A stretch of DNA of 62,000 nucleotides, filler included, from Basidioascus undulatus (lineage: Eukaryota), in assembly GCA_000826855.1 (NCBI GenBank). It is 11 parts of 11 records of this genome, joined end to end, with 100 filler letters (N's around TTAATTAATTAA, not from the genome) between each part and the next. Parts side by side here need not be neighbours in the genome. Positions count along the whole stretch, not along the records: positions 45,248 to 50,769 come from JTLS01001918.1; positions 50,870 to 56,386 come from JTLS01001919.1; positions 56,487 to 62,000 come from JTLS01001920.1; 8 more parts are not named here. One strand, given 5' to 3'. This document shows, piece after piece, positions 46,011 to 57,099 of the stretch. The position numbers and the translations under genes are program-made. Under the pieces are notes generated by a model that saw nothing but the letters and a program-made list of their open reading frames with translations, made no database searches and was not told where the DNA came from. Each line of letters opens with the position of its first letter. Within the stretch, counting starts at the first letter, position 1.

Positions 46011-47886
46011 TCACTGCTTCCCAATTGCCTTGCGGAGCACCTCGACCTGGCGGGCGATGGACGAGCGGGCGGGGCCACCAACGGCGTTGCGGCGCTCGAT
46101 GGAGGCCTCGAAGTCCCAGACGTTCATCACGTCCGCCTCGAACCGGCTGTCGATCGTCTTGAGCGTCTCGAGCGGGATCTGGTTGAGCGGGACGTTGCTG
46201 TTCTCGGCGTGCGCGACGCAGCGCCCGGAGATGTGGTGCGTCTCGCGGAAGGGGACCTGTAACCGAGTGGAGAGTTAATGGGGAAGCAGGGATATGGGGG
46301 CGAGGAATGAAGACGTACGCCCTTCCGGACGAGGTAGTCGGCAAGGTCGGTCGCGAGCATGTCCATCGTCAACGCCGCCTTCATCTTCTCGGGGTGGATC
46401 TACATCATCGAAGCAAGATGAGAAAGCTGTGACGGGAAGTCGAGGCGAAAATCCGCGCACGTTCAGGGTGGACACAACGCCAGTCGCGATCTGCAGAGAC
46501 GCCTTGATCGTGTCCACGCAGTCGAACAGCGGCTCTTTGTCCTCCTGCAGGTCCTTGTTGTAGGTCGTCGGCAGACCCTTGAGCGTCATCATGAAGCCGG
46601 ACATCTGTGCAAAGCGGTTGGTCAGCCGTGGTGCGCGAAAGCATGGCGCCGCGCGGTGACGCACTTGGCCGAAGACACGACCGCTTTTGCCACGGAGGAG
46701 CTCCAGAGAGTCAGGGTTCTTCTTCTGCGGCATCATTGATGAGCCGGTGCTGCACAAGCAATCCCCAAAGCGTCAGTACAGGTCCAACAGCATGGACCGG
46801 GAAAGGATGGGGCGAGGCCCACGAGTAAGCGTCCGAGAGGGTGACAAAGCCGAATTCGTTCGTGGAGTAGACGATGAGGTCCTCAGCGAAACGGCTCATG
46901 TGGACCATGGTCAAGCTCGCCCACTGCAGCCACTCGACAATGAAGTCGCGGTCGGCGACACCGTACAGCGAGTTCTCCAGCAGGCCGTCGAAGCCGAGGT
47001 CCTTGCCGAGCGTCTCGCGGTCGATCGAGAAGGGGTTGCCGGCGAGCGCACCGCAGCCGAGGGGGCTGAGGTTGAGGCGCGGGAAGAGGGAGTTGAGACG
47101 CGAGAGGTCGGCCGCGAAGGAGAAGGTGTGGGAGAGGAGGAGGTGCGACCACCGGATGGGCTGGGCACGCTGTTTGCTCGAAAGGACAGGATGAGAGGGC
47201 GAATATGTCTTCCCCAGGTCACGAACGGAGGAAACGGCGAACCTGGAGGTGGGTGTAGCCAGGCATGAGCGCGTCGACCTCCTTGGCCGCCCGCTCAGTC
47301 ATGACGCCGATGAGCTCCTCCAGGACGGCCTTGACCTCGAGCGTCTGCTCGCGGAGCCAGATGCGCATGTCTGTCGCGACCTGGTCGTTCCGGCTGCGGC
47401 CGGTGTGAAGCTTGCCGCCGACAGGGCCGACGAGCTCGCTCAGGCGGCGCTCGTTGGCGGTGTGGATGTCCTCGTCGTTCTCCTTAATGACGAACGTGCC
47501 CGACTTCCACTCGGCCTCAACCTTGTCGAGCCCGTCCTGGATCGTCTGCGCCTCCTCGGGGGTGAGGACGTTGATGCGCGCGAGCGCGCGCGCGTACGCC
47601 TTGGAGCCGAAGATGTCGGCCGCGTACATGCGCTGGTCGTACGCAAGCGACTGGTTGAAGGCGTGCATCCTGTACACGCCACTTTCAGCACTACAATATG
47701 GTACCAGAACGAGAAGATCACACACAGAGGGTCAGTCTGACCGGTGAAGCGACCGCCCCACAGCTTCTGCTTCGTAAAGTGCTGCTCCTCTGCGAGATAA
47801 AGACCTCCGATGTGAGCTCTGGTGCCCTCATCCCCCCCCTTCCCCCCCCCAATCTTCTTTCCAGGGGGATTCGGCGTACCAGACAT
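46011..47886 (-). CDS. ARG4: Argininosuccinate lyase
   Basis: Spliced: [142 protein letters not shown]. Confidence 0.98.
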
Positions 47887-48088
47887 TGTTGAAGAATTGG
47901 AACCCGGAAGATAAAGACTGCGAGCGGGGCGGAGAGGAAAGTAAGGAAAGGGAGGAAGGGGAAGATACCGAGTCAAGCCGCACCCTGCGAAGGGAGAAGG
48001 CGGACAGAGCATTTCCCACGCCCCCCGGAAGCATCTGCCAAATATCACTATCGGGCCAGCGTCTTCTTGTTCAAGTTGAACCCCCACG

Positions 48089-49258
48089 ATGACTTCCTCA
48101 GCCGCCGACGATGGCTTTTCGATAGTAAACCACTTCAAATACAAAGCGATTCCCCCGAAACGCCGCGGCGGTCGCGGGCGAAGCAAGGCGAATGAGCAGA
48201 CGACGCCCGCGCCGGCAGAGGGAGAGGGCGGGGAGCTCGGGAAGCTCAGGCGTGCGGTCGAGGAGCGGGTAAGGGAGGTCAGGGCTAGCGATTGGGGAGG
48301 ACGGTTCAAAGGTTCGTTTTGCGACTTTAATGTCTGCAGGAGAAGCGGAGCTCATGCAGTGAGGACGTGTTCCCAGATATGTTGAACAACCTGGCGAGCT
48401 CGCCTGCATGGCCTCATCCTCGCCGGATGCTCGCGCTCGGGATGGGGAGCATGGAACGCAGCCGAGAAGCCCAGGCGCAGCTGGCGCTGTTGAGAGTGAT
48501 GGCGGATGAGCTTATGGTTCGTGTGCTATGCCCATACTCCAGGTCCAATGGAATGCTGACTGGCATCCGAATTGTTCGTCCACTCCAGATTGACGACATC
48601 GAAGCGTTCGACCCTGTCAGCACAGTCCTGGACAACGAACTGTTGGATACCCTTAATATCAGAAACATCACGGAGAACCTGGTGAGCTTCATCCTCTAGT
48701 GGTTACGTGAGATCACAAGGACTGACGACCCTGTCTTCCCCATCCTCAAACAGCACGGCAAGCACGTCCTCCCCTCACCCACCCTCGTGTACATGCCCCA
48801 CTGCGGCCTAGGGCTGTACGAGAACATTCTGCGCGCAAACTGGAATGCGGAGCAGCTCGACAATCTGGTTCTCCTCGGGAACGCCTTGTCCATCTACGCT
48901 GAACGGTGAGCGCGCACTTCTGAAGAGTATTTACACCCATCTTGCGCTTGCTGACTGCTGCGATACGCCACAGAGAACCCGAGCACAAGCTGCGCCGACA
49001 TTCGCCCTGTCTCTCCCGACTCTGTACGCACGCACACTCAACATTTCGTTTTCGCGACGCTGACACGCAGACCATCGTCCAACATCAGTGCCCTTCCTCG
49101 ACGCCCGGCGCCTGCCTCCGCCGCCGGACGCGCTCTCCAACGCGTTCAACGACCTCTGCTTCCAGACTATGCCGCGCGCGCGTACAGAGTGGCTGGCGGA
49201 GCGGTACTGGGATATGCCGGAGGAGATGCCGAGGGAGGACGACAGGGATGTGTTATGA
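48089..49258 (+). CDS. SRR1-domain protein (Ber1/SRRD-like)
   Basis: Spliced: MLALGMGSMERSREAQAQLALL, EAFDPV, PTLVYMPHCGLGLYENILRANW...LVLLGNALSIY, SNAFNDLCFQ. These are SRR1 family motifs. Confidence 0.88.
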
Positions 49259-49738
49259 CATGCACGCTGGCGAGCCATCCAGATTCCATTGATGCGGCAG
49301 ACATGAGTGAGCGCGCAATAGGGCGTCGTGTTATATAACGCAGCATGGATTAGGATACTATATGGGGCCTGAGCTCTAAAAAGGGCTCGCTGTAAGCAAG
49401 AGGGTAGGTGGTATACGAAGACGCGTGTTAACGAAGGAGCGCAAATGACCGAGCGTCAGAGGAGAGAGCAGAATGTGCAAAAAGTTGGATTACTGAAGAG
49501 CATGCGGGTGTAATGAGCGATAATAACGGCGGATGCGAGCGACGAGCGAGGAGATGGGCAGAGCGGGGAGATGGGCAGAGCGAATGAGCGTGGGGTTGGC
49601 GAAAGAGTACGCGGTACCGATGCAAGGCGAGGCGAGGAGCAAAAACGAAGAAAGGAGGGACTGTTGTGCGAGAGGTTCCGAATCCCAAGTGTGCATGAAT
49701 AGAAGAAAGGCGAAAGGGAAGGGGAGAAGGGGAGAAAC

Positions 49739-50769
49739 CTAGCGGCCGCCGTCGCCGTTGAGGTAGGCGTCCGCAACTCGGGCTAGGGCGATTCCGGAGT
49801 CCTCACTTGGGCTTTTAGCGAGGGCGTGTGCCGAGCGAGACGCGCCAGGGACCGGGGAGGAGGTAGCCTTGGCGTGGCCGGACGCACCGGCCGTCTGCCG
49901 AACGGACGTCGTCGACGCCGCGGCGTTCGGCGCCTGGCGGTGGTGCCCTACCGCGGACGCCGAGCGCGGCGCGCCAGGCCCACCACCCCATGCCGGACGC
50001 TGCTTGTCCGCGGCGGAGGCGGCGGCCCGCACAGGACGGCCGGTCGTTGCGCGGCTCGCGGAGCGCGGGCCCTCGACCGGCGTGGGCGACCGCAGGCGCG
50101 TACCGAACTTGGCGGAGTTCTTGCTGACAGAGGCAATCTCGTTCGAGGGTCGCCGCGCCTTGAGGCCCGTGCCCGTCGGGGGCGGCCCGGCGCCCGCAGG
50201 TCGTCGGGCGGCGGAGACGGCGGAGACGGCGGAGGCGGCGGGCGCGGTCGCGGACTTGCCGTTCGTCCCGACTTTGACGCGGCCGGCCCGGATGACGGGC
50301 TGGACGTCGTCTCCGTTGCGGTAGGAGAAGGACATGCGCGAGACGCGGCTCTCGAGCTCGTCTGACTCGGACCCGCTCGGCGGGTGCTCCTCCGTCATGG
50401 GCGTGACGGGCGGCGAGCTGAGCGGTGAAGACACGCGGGAGGGGTGGACATCGCCGCCGGATACAGTACGGTTTCGGTGGATGCTGGAGACGGTGAGGTG
50501 GTGGTCAGCCAAGATGACAATGAGAGGAGAATGAGAGAAGCAGACGCACTCGTCCATCGACACCATGCTCGCGTCCGCGCGTTCGGCGATGACCCAGTTC
50601 TCGATCTAGCCATCTGGCAGTCAGCATGCCGCTTTTCAAAAAGATCACAGCCCGCCTGCCCACACACTTTGATAAACCGGTACAGGTTCCTGCTCTTGCC
50701 CTTATCGCCCTTCTTAGCCGGCTCGGCCATCTTCGACGTGTCCTTCTTCGCAGCGCTCATCTTGCCGGG
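49739..50769 (-). CDS. Ser/Arg/Ala-rich disordered C-terminus of a hypothetical protein, 5' end lost in gap
   Basis: Three GC3-rich exons (…RNLYRFIK | MARSRTGSSPNARTRASMVSMDE | IHRNRTVSGG…AYLNGDGGR*) separated by GT-AG introns. Confidence 0.6.
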
Positions 50770-50869
50770 NNNNNNNNNNNNNNNNNNNNNNNNNNNNNNN
50801 NNNNNNNNNNNNNTTAATTAATTAANNNNNNNNNNNNNNNNNNNNNNNNNNNNNNNNNNNNNNNNNNNN

Positions 50870-50940
<71 letters not shown>
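50870..50940 (+). repeat. Poly(A) run of 71 nt at a contig start
   Basis: Read directly; it abuts the gap. Confidence 0.95.
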
Positions 50941-50941
<1 letters not shown>

Positions 50942-51413
50942 CAGCGAAACGCTATTAGAATGGAGCGATCAGTGTAAGTACGGAAATGGCGCCAGAACTG
51001 CAAGCGGCGGCGGCCTCTGCCCCTTCGCTTCTGGGAAAGCGTCTTCGCCTATTGGGCTGCCTGAAAGTCAGGCCATGAGGATGCGTACGCTCTGAGAAGA
51101 ACAACTAAAGGACGTGTGTGATGCAAGGCAGCAGAGAGCAACTGCCTGAAATCCATCGTCCGTCGCAGCTTCCCCGCCGGCGCTGTCAATCCGCCCCAGC
51201 GCAGCCCGCGCCCAACGCCCGACGCGCTCGTCCCTCGAGTTGCTCGCAGAGTATCGAGCATCTCGCCCCTTCGCCCCTTGTCTTCCTCTTCTCCTCCTCC
51301 TCCACGTCCCCGCGCCTCCTCCGTCTTATTTCCCTTACCTCCGCCGCCTGGCACTCCGGCTGCTCAACCACCGGGGCCACCCAGCACACAGTCGAGCAGA
51401 GCAGCGCGCGAGG

Positions 51414-54400
51414 ATGGCGCCCTTCTCGGCAGACATCTGCTCGCCCACGCGAGCCCTCCTCCGCACCCTCACCTCCGCCAGCGCCCACAACCCCATCGAG
51501 ACCATCGTCGTCGCCTTCGTCGCCGTCACCCTCGGGTACTTCCAGCTCGCACACGGCGTCCGCCATGAGGGCTTCGCGACGACCGGCATCGACCTCGGGG
51601 GCGAGGACGGCCGCGGCGGGGAGGGATGGTGGTGGGGCATGCTCCTCAGAGGGCTGGGCGGCCGCTTCTGGGCTCTGGCAAAGGTGAGTGCGCGGCCATT
51701 GTGTTATCAACCATCGTCACTCGTTGCATGAGGCTTGCCGCGGAAGTGGCGAGCGTATCGAGCTGCTGGGTTCGCGTCTTCTCTCTTCGCCGGGGCGCGC
51801 GAGGATGCGCTGATCCCCAGCGCTCTCGCTGAGATGGCTCTCGGACCTCCTCGTATCGCTTTCGATATCTCTCGCGGGATCCATAGGGAATACATCAGGT
51901 CATGATATACCACGTGACCCGAAACGGAGTCAATTATCGTCCTCCCTGCGTCTCTGCTCACGAGAGCAAGAGGCGGAGTGGCTTCCCTTTGATCGCTCTC
52001 CTCTGTCCAAAGACCACACTCTCCGCCTCCTCCTGCTCAGCGGATACCAGAATGCTGACTCACCAATTTCTTCTCTCTCTTGTTCCCAATCTCAATCACT
52101 CAGAATGCCGACTCTGCCGACATCGTTATCGTCCTCCTCGGCTACGTCCTGATGCACGGCACTTTTGTCAATCTCTTCCTCGAGATGCGCAAGATGGGGT
52201 CCCGCTTCTGGCTCGGTGCGTGAAGTCCCATGTCAATTGGAGGACGTTTGTGGTGCTGAAGAGTGAAGTTGGACTGTCTAGGCACCTCCACCCTCGTCTC
52301 CTCCGTCTTCGCATTCGTCCTTGCCGTCATGATCTCCTACCTGTCCGACATGCCCGTCAACCCGGTCCTCCTCACCGAGGCGCTCCCCTTCCTGGTCATC
52401 ACCGTCGGGTTCGACAAGGTCCGTCCCGTACCCACTGACTCACCCCCAGCCATTCATCCACTCACTCATCCCTCCCTCCTTCGCAGCCGATCACTCTCGC
52501 CCGCGCCGTCTTCTCATCGCGCGACCTCGAGCCGCCGGTGTACAACCCCGCCGAGGGCGACTACTTCACGCTCGGCACGCCGACGACGGAGCCGGACGGG
52601 GCCAAGAAGATCCAGTACGCGCCGCCCGTGCCCGCGCGCGAACTCGTCCTTCGCGCCGTCGACCGTGTCGGCCCGCGCATCGTCCGCGACTACGCTGTCG
52701 AGATCGCCGTCCTCTTCGTCGGCGCCGCGAGTGGCGCGGCAGGCCTTAAGGAGTTCTGCCAGCTCGCCGCGCTCATCATGGCCATGGACTGCTTGTTCTT
52801 GTTTGGCTTCTTCGCGGCCGTGCTGACTATCATGGTTGAGGTTCGTGGGGAAAATCGATGGAGTGGATAGAGAGGAGTCCGCTGATGGGCGTGTTGGGGG
52901 ATCAGGTCCACCGCATCAAGCTCCTCCGCGGCACCCAGCTCGACATCAAAACCGCTTCGCCCGACGACAAGACCACACGGCTCAAGCCAGGCAACCCGAC
53001 CACGCGGCTCAAAGTGATGCTAGTACGTGTGCCATCAATCACATTCACCGCTCAACGCTGAACTCCCTCTTTTTTTCAGATTGCCGCCTTCCTCATTCTC
53101 CACGGCCTCGGCCTCTGCACGACGCTCACGGAAACGATCGCGATCAAGCGGTTCACGCAGCACACCTCTGCCGCGTCCGCCTCCCGCTCCGCGCAGTCCG
53201 CGGCCGACGCGCTCACGGGCCCGACCGCGCGCCTGTCGTCGCTCGCGCTGCTCGACAACTTCATGTCCGGGTGGACGCACCTCGTCGGCGACCCCGTCAT
53301 GTCCAAATGGATCGTCCTCTTCCTCGGCGTCTCGGTCTTCCTCAACGGGTACCTCCTCAAGGGCATCGCCGGCGGCGCGGGCAGCCCGTTCGCCGGTCTC
53401 CGCGCGCCGGAGGGCAGCATCGCCCGCCGCAGGCGGTGGAGCGAGAAGCTCCTCGAGGGCGACCAGCTCAAGGCGTACCACCTCCAGAAGGTGCGCGAGG
53501 CCGCCGAGCGCGCAATGGTCGCCGCTCCTACCGCTTCCGCCCCTGCCCCCGCCCCCGCACCCGTCGAGAAGAAGAAGCCCGTCCCCGTCGCGCACGCGCC
53601 GCAGGTCGTCTCCCCCAAGGCGGTCCACAACCCGCTCATCAACGACCCCGCGCACGCCGGCCACCCGCACATTCCCGCCGAGACGCCCCAGAACGGGTCC
53701 CCGCCCCACTTTGGCCGCCGCCCGCTCGAAGAGTGCGTCGAGGTGCTCGCGCGCGAGAACGGCGCGCAGGAGCTCTCGGACGAGGAGGTCATCTTCCTCG
53801 TGCAGAAGGGCAAGATTGCCATGTACGCGCTCGAGAAGAAGCTCGGCGACTTTGAGAGGGCCGTCAAGATCCGGAGGGCGGTCATCTGTGAGTCCCGCGT
53901 TCCGTGGCTGGGTTGCGTAAGATTGGAGGCTGACAGTGGATGGACGGATAGCCCGGCAATCGGACACTGCAACGCTCGAGCACTCTGCGCTCCCGATGGC
54001 GGCGTACGACTACGAGCGAATCATGGGCGCGTGCTGCGAGAACGTGATCGGGTACATGCCGATCCCGGTCGGTGTCGCCGGCCCGCTCACGATCGACGGC
54101 GACTCACTCCCGATCCCGATGGCGACGACGGAAGGCACGCTCGTCGCGTCCACGTCGCGCGGGTGCAAGGCCCTCAACGCCGGCGGCGGCGTCACGACCG
54201 TCCTCACGCGCGACGCGATGACGCGCGGGCCCGCGCTCGAGTTTGCCAACTTGACCGACGCGGCGCGCGCAAAGGTCTGGATCGACTCGGAGGAGGGCGG
54301 GAGCATTATCCGCGCCGCGTTCAACTCGACCTCGCGGTTCGCCAGGCTCCAGACCCTCAAGTGCGCGCTCGCAGGTCGCACGCTCTACGTCCGCTTCGCG

Positions 54401-55382
54401 ACTTCTACCGGTGACGCTATGGGTGCGTTGGCGTGGCTGTCTGGCGTGGCAAGGAACGTATGTGGAAAAGGGATGCTGATGGGGTGGGTTGTTTTTGCAG
54501 GCATGAACATGATCAGCAAGGGCACGGAGAAGGCGCTCGAGGTGCTCTTGACCTACTTCCCTACTATGCGCGTCCTCGCGCTCTCGGGCAACTACTGCAC
54601 GGACAAGAAGCCCGCGGCGATCAACTGGATCGAGGGCCGCGGCAAGTCCGTCGTCGCCGAGGCCATCGTCCCCGGGTCCGTCGTCCGCTCCGTCCTCAAG
54701 ACGACCGTCAAGGACCTCGTCAACCTCAACATGAAGAAGAACCTCATCGGCTCCGCCATGGCTGGCTCTATTGGCGGCTTCAACGCACACGCCGCTAACA
54801 TTCTCACTGCCGTCTACCTCGCGACCGGCCAGGACCCCGCGCAGAACGTCGAGAGTTCAAACTGCATGACGCTGATGGAAGCGTACGTCTCGCCCTTCCT
54901 CCCTTTATTCTTACCTGTAACTTAGCGATTTCGCCGTTGGTAGTATCAACGACGACCAAGACCTGCTCATCACCTGCTCCATGCCGTCCGTCGAGGTCGG
55001 CACCGTCGGTGGCGGGACGATCCTCGCGCCGCAGTCGGCCATGCTCGAGATGCTCGGCGTGCAGGGCGCGCACCCCGTCACGCCGGGGGCGAACGCGCAG
55101 CGGCTCGCGCGCATCATCTGCGCGGCGGTCATGGCAGGCGAGCTGAGCCTGATGAGCGCCCTCGCGGCGGGACATCTCATCAAGGCACACATGCAACACA
55201 ACCGCTCCCAGCCCGCGACGCCCCTCCCCTCCCGACCTGTCACTCCCGCGTTCGGCCTCATTACCCCCATCTCACCGCCCGGGTCGTCCGAGCGCAAGCC
55301 GAGCACGAACGGACTGCACCCCTCCTCATCGACCACCTCCCTCGGCGCGCTGCGGGTGAACGGCCTTCCCGCACGCCAATGA
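51414..55382 (+). CDS. HMG1: 3-hydroxy-3-methylglutaryl-CoA reductase (HPIH region, sterol-sensing domain, catalytic domain), 9 exons
   Basis: [163 protein letters not shown]. Confidence 0.98.
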
Positions 55383-56308
55383 TCCTCATTTCCTTCGTCT
55401 CCATTCTCACCTTCATCTCTCTCGATTCACTGCATCATCGACGGCCCACCCAAGCAATACCTAGAGATTTCACCTTCTTTCCTTCGGCTTTGCTCCATTT
55501 CTCCCCCGCATACTTCACTCCATGACAACACCCACACTTGTCTTGCATGCACGCCCCTTCTAGCCTTTCTCCCTACGCTCTTTTTCTTTATTGTTCTCGC
55601 TCGATCCGTCCGTAGGTTCGTTGACTTATTCTCGCCGCGTGGGACTCTTGATATCTCTTTCCCATGTATACTCTTATGCTTCTCTTACCTCTTTTGTTCT
55701 CCTTCCTCTCTTCTTTCTTTTCTTCTGCTGGTACCGTTCCTCGGCGCTCGGGTCGGGCAGCTGTGTAGTTGTTAATACCGGTGAGCCCACGTTGCTTCCC
55801 GCGCCCACCTGCCCCCACGCTCCTCCGCCCTGCACGCTGTTTCGTTTGGTTCGGGAACCGGGCTGGGCCGTCTCGTAGCTACTTGTGTATATGTTCGGAT
55901 GCCCCCCTGCGATTGAAGATGCCGGACGAATAGCACGATGATGGTTTGGGAATCTGGGACTGTCGTTGCCATGGCTTTCACTACGAAGGACTGTTGCATA
56001 CCGGGTCGCCGCTCCGAGGGTCAAAGCAATACCGCGGCGCTACCGAGGAGCTGTTCAATCGATCGTCGCGACACTAAGTCCAGCAATGCTCAGCCTGAGC
56101 GTTCTCTGTGCAACGCGCGGAATGGCGGCTACATTTACTTTTGATAGTTGCGGCAAGTGCTGTCCGGCAATTGCTGTCAGGTCAGGCATATTCATGGAAA
56201 GATGAAGAAGCAACGGACTGGCTTGGACCTGCTCTCACTGCAGCACGACCACCGAAAAGACATGGAAGGGCCAGGACGGGACAGGTGCAAAAGAAACCCA
56301 AAATAATA

Positions 56309-56381
56309 TGACCACTGCAGGGCTCGATCCTGCGACATTTTGCGTGTTAAGCAAACACTCTACCAACTGAGTTAAGCGGCC
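56309..56381 (-). tRNA. tRNA-Val(AAC), intronless
   Basis: GGCCGCTTAACTCAGTTGGTAGAGTGTTTGCTTAACACGCAAAATGTCGCAGGATCGAGCCCTGCAGTGGTCA folds into a 73-nt cloverleaf. Anticodon stem TTTGC/GCAAA, loop TT-AAC-AC. T-runs downstream could act as a Pol III terminator. Confidence 0.95.
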
Positions 56382-56486
56382 GACGTNNNNNNNNNNNNNN
56401 NNNNNNNNNNNNNNNNNNNNNNNNNNNNNNTTAATTAATTAANNNNNNNNNNNNNNNNNNNNNNNNNNNNNNNNNNNNNNNNNNNN

Positions 56487-56936
56487 ACCAACGCCCCGCT
56501 CTACCCACCCTTCGCCCTCAACCGAGCCTTCAAGTCCGCCGCCACCAACAGCGCCCACCACGCGTGCGCTCCTCTCCCTCCCGCCCTACCTGCACACCTC
56601 GCCCACCTGGCCGCCCGCGCCAGACGCACAGATGCACGTCCTCGCGTCCCGAAGCCTCCTATGCGAGTGCGTCCTCCCTCCCTTCCTCCTTACTACCCTT
56701 GTCCTTTCCTCCCGAGACCGCCGCGCGTGTACTGATTGGAATTGTCGTGTGGGGCTGGGCGCAGACAGCCGTTCGTCAAAGAGAGCTTTTCCCGCGGTGC
56801 GGTGGGGCGGTGGGTGGGCGCGCTGCGCGGGGAGGGCGAAAGGGAGGCGTACGCGGTTGTGGAGCGCAAGGAGGCGGGGATCGTGGAGGCTGAGGCGGAG
56901 CTGCGGAGGGCTGTGAGAGGGAAGGAGGGGTTTTGA
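56487..56936 (+). CDS. 3' exons of an unidentified protein, 5' end lost in gap
   Basis: NAPLYPPFALNRAFKSAATNSAHH | MHVLASRSLLC | PFVKESFSRGAVGRWVGAL...GKEGF*, with GTGCGC and GTGCGT donors. Confidence 0.55.
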
Positions 56937-57099
56937 GGGAACGCATAGATCCGTGCAGACGGACAGGCTTGGTTTCTTTCTGACACCATGTACGTTCGGT
57001 GTGTGTGGAAGTCTAGCGTCTAAGGTACAGTATTGTGCGGTCGTTGCTCTAAGATACGCGTTTATAAGATCTAACGATGGCATGTGCCACAGCGCCCTT

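Noticed and set aside
50870..50940. Poly(A) tail of a retrocopy or LINE
   Set aside because: The upstream sequence is lost in the gap, so no element body or target-site duplication can be seen. It may simply be the homopolymer that broke the assembly.
51800..51910. TPP riboswitch in the HMG1 intron (GCTGAGA present)
   Set aside because: The downstream conserved core (CCTGAT...TAAT..CAGCG.AGG) is absent and the gene is unrelated to thiamine.
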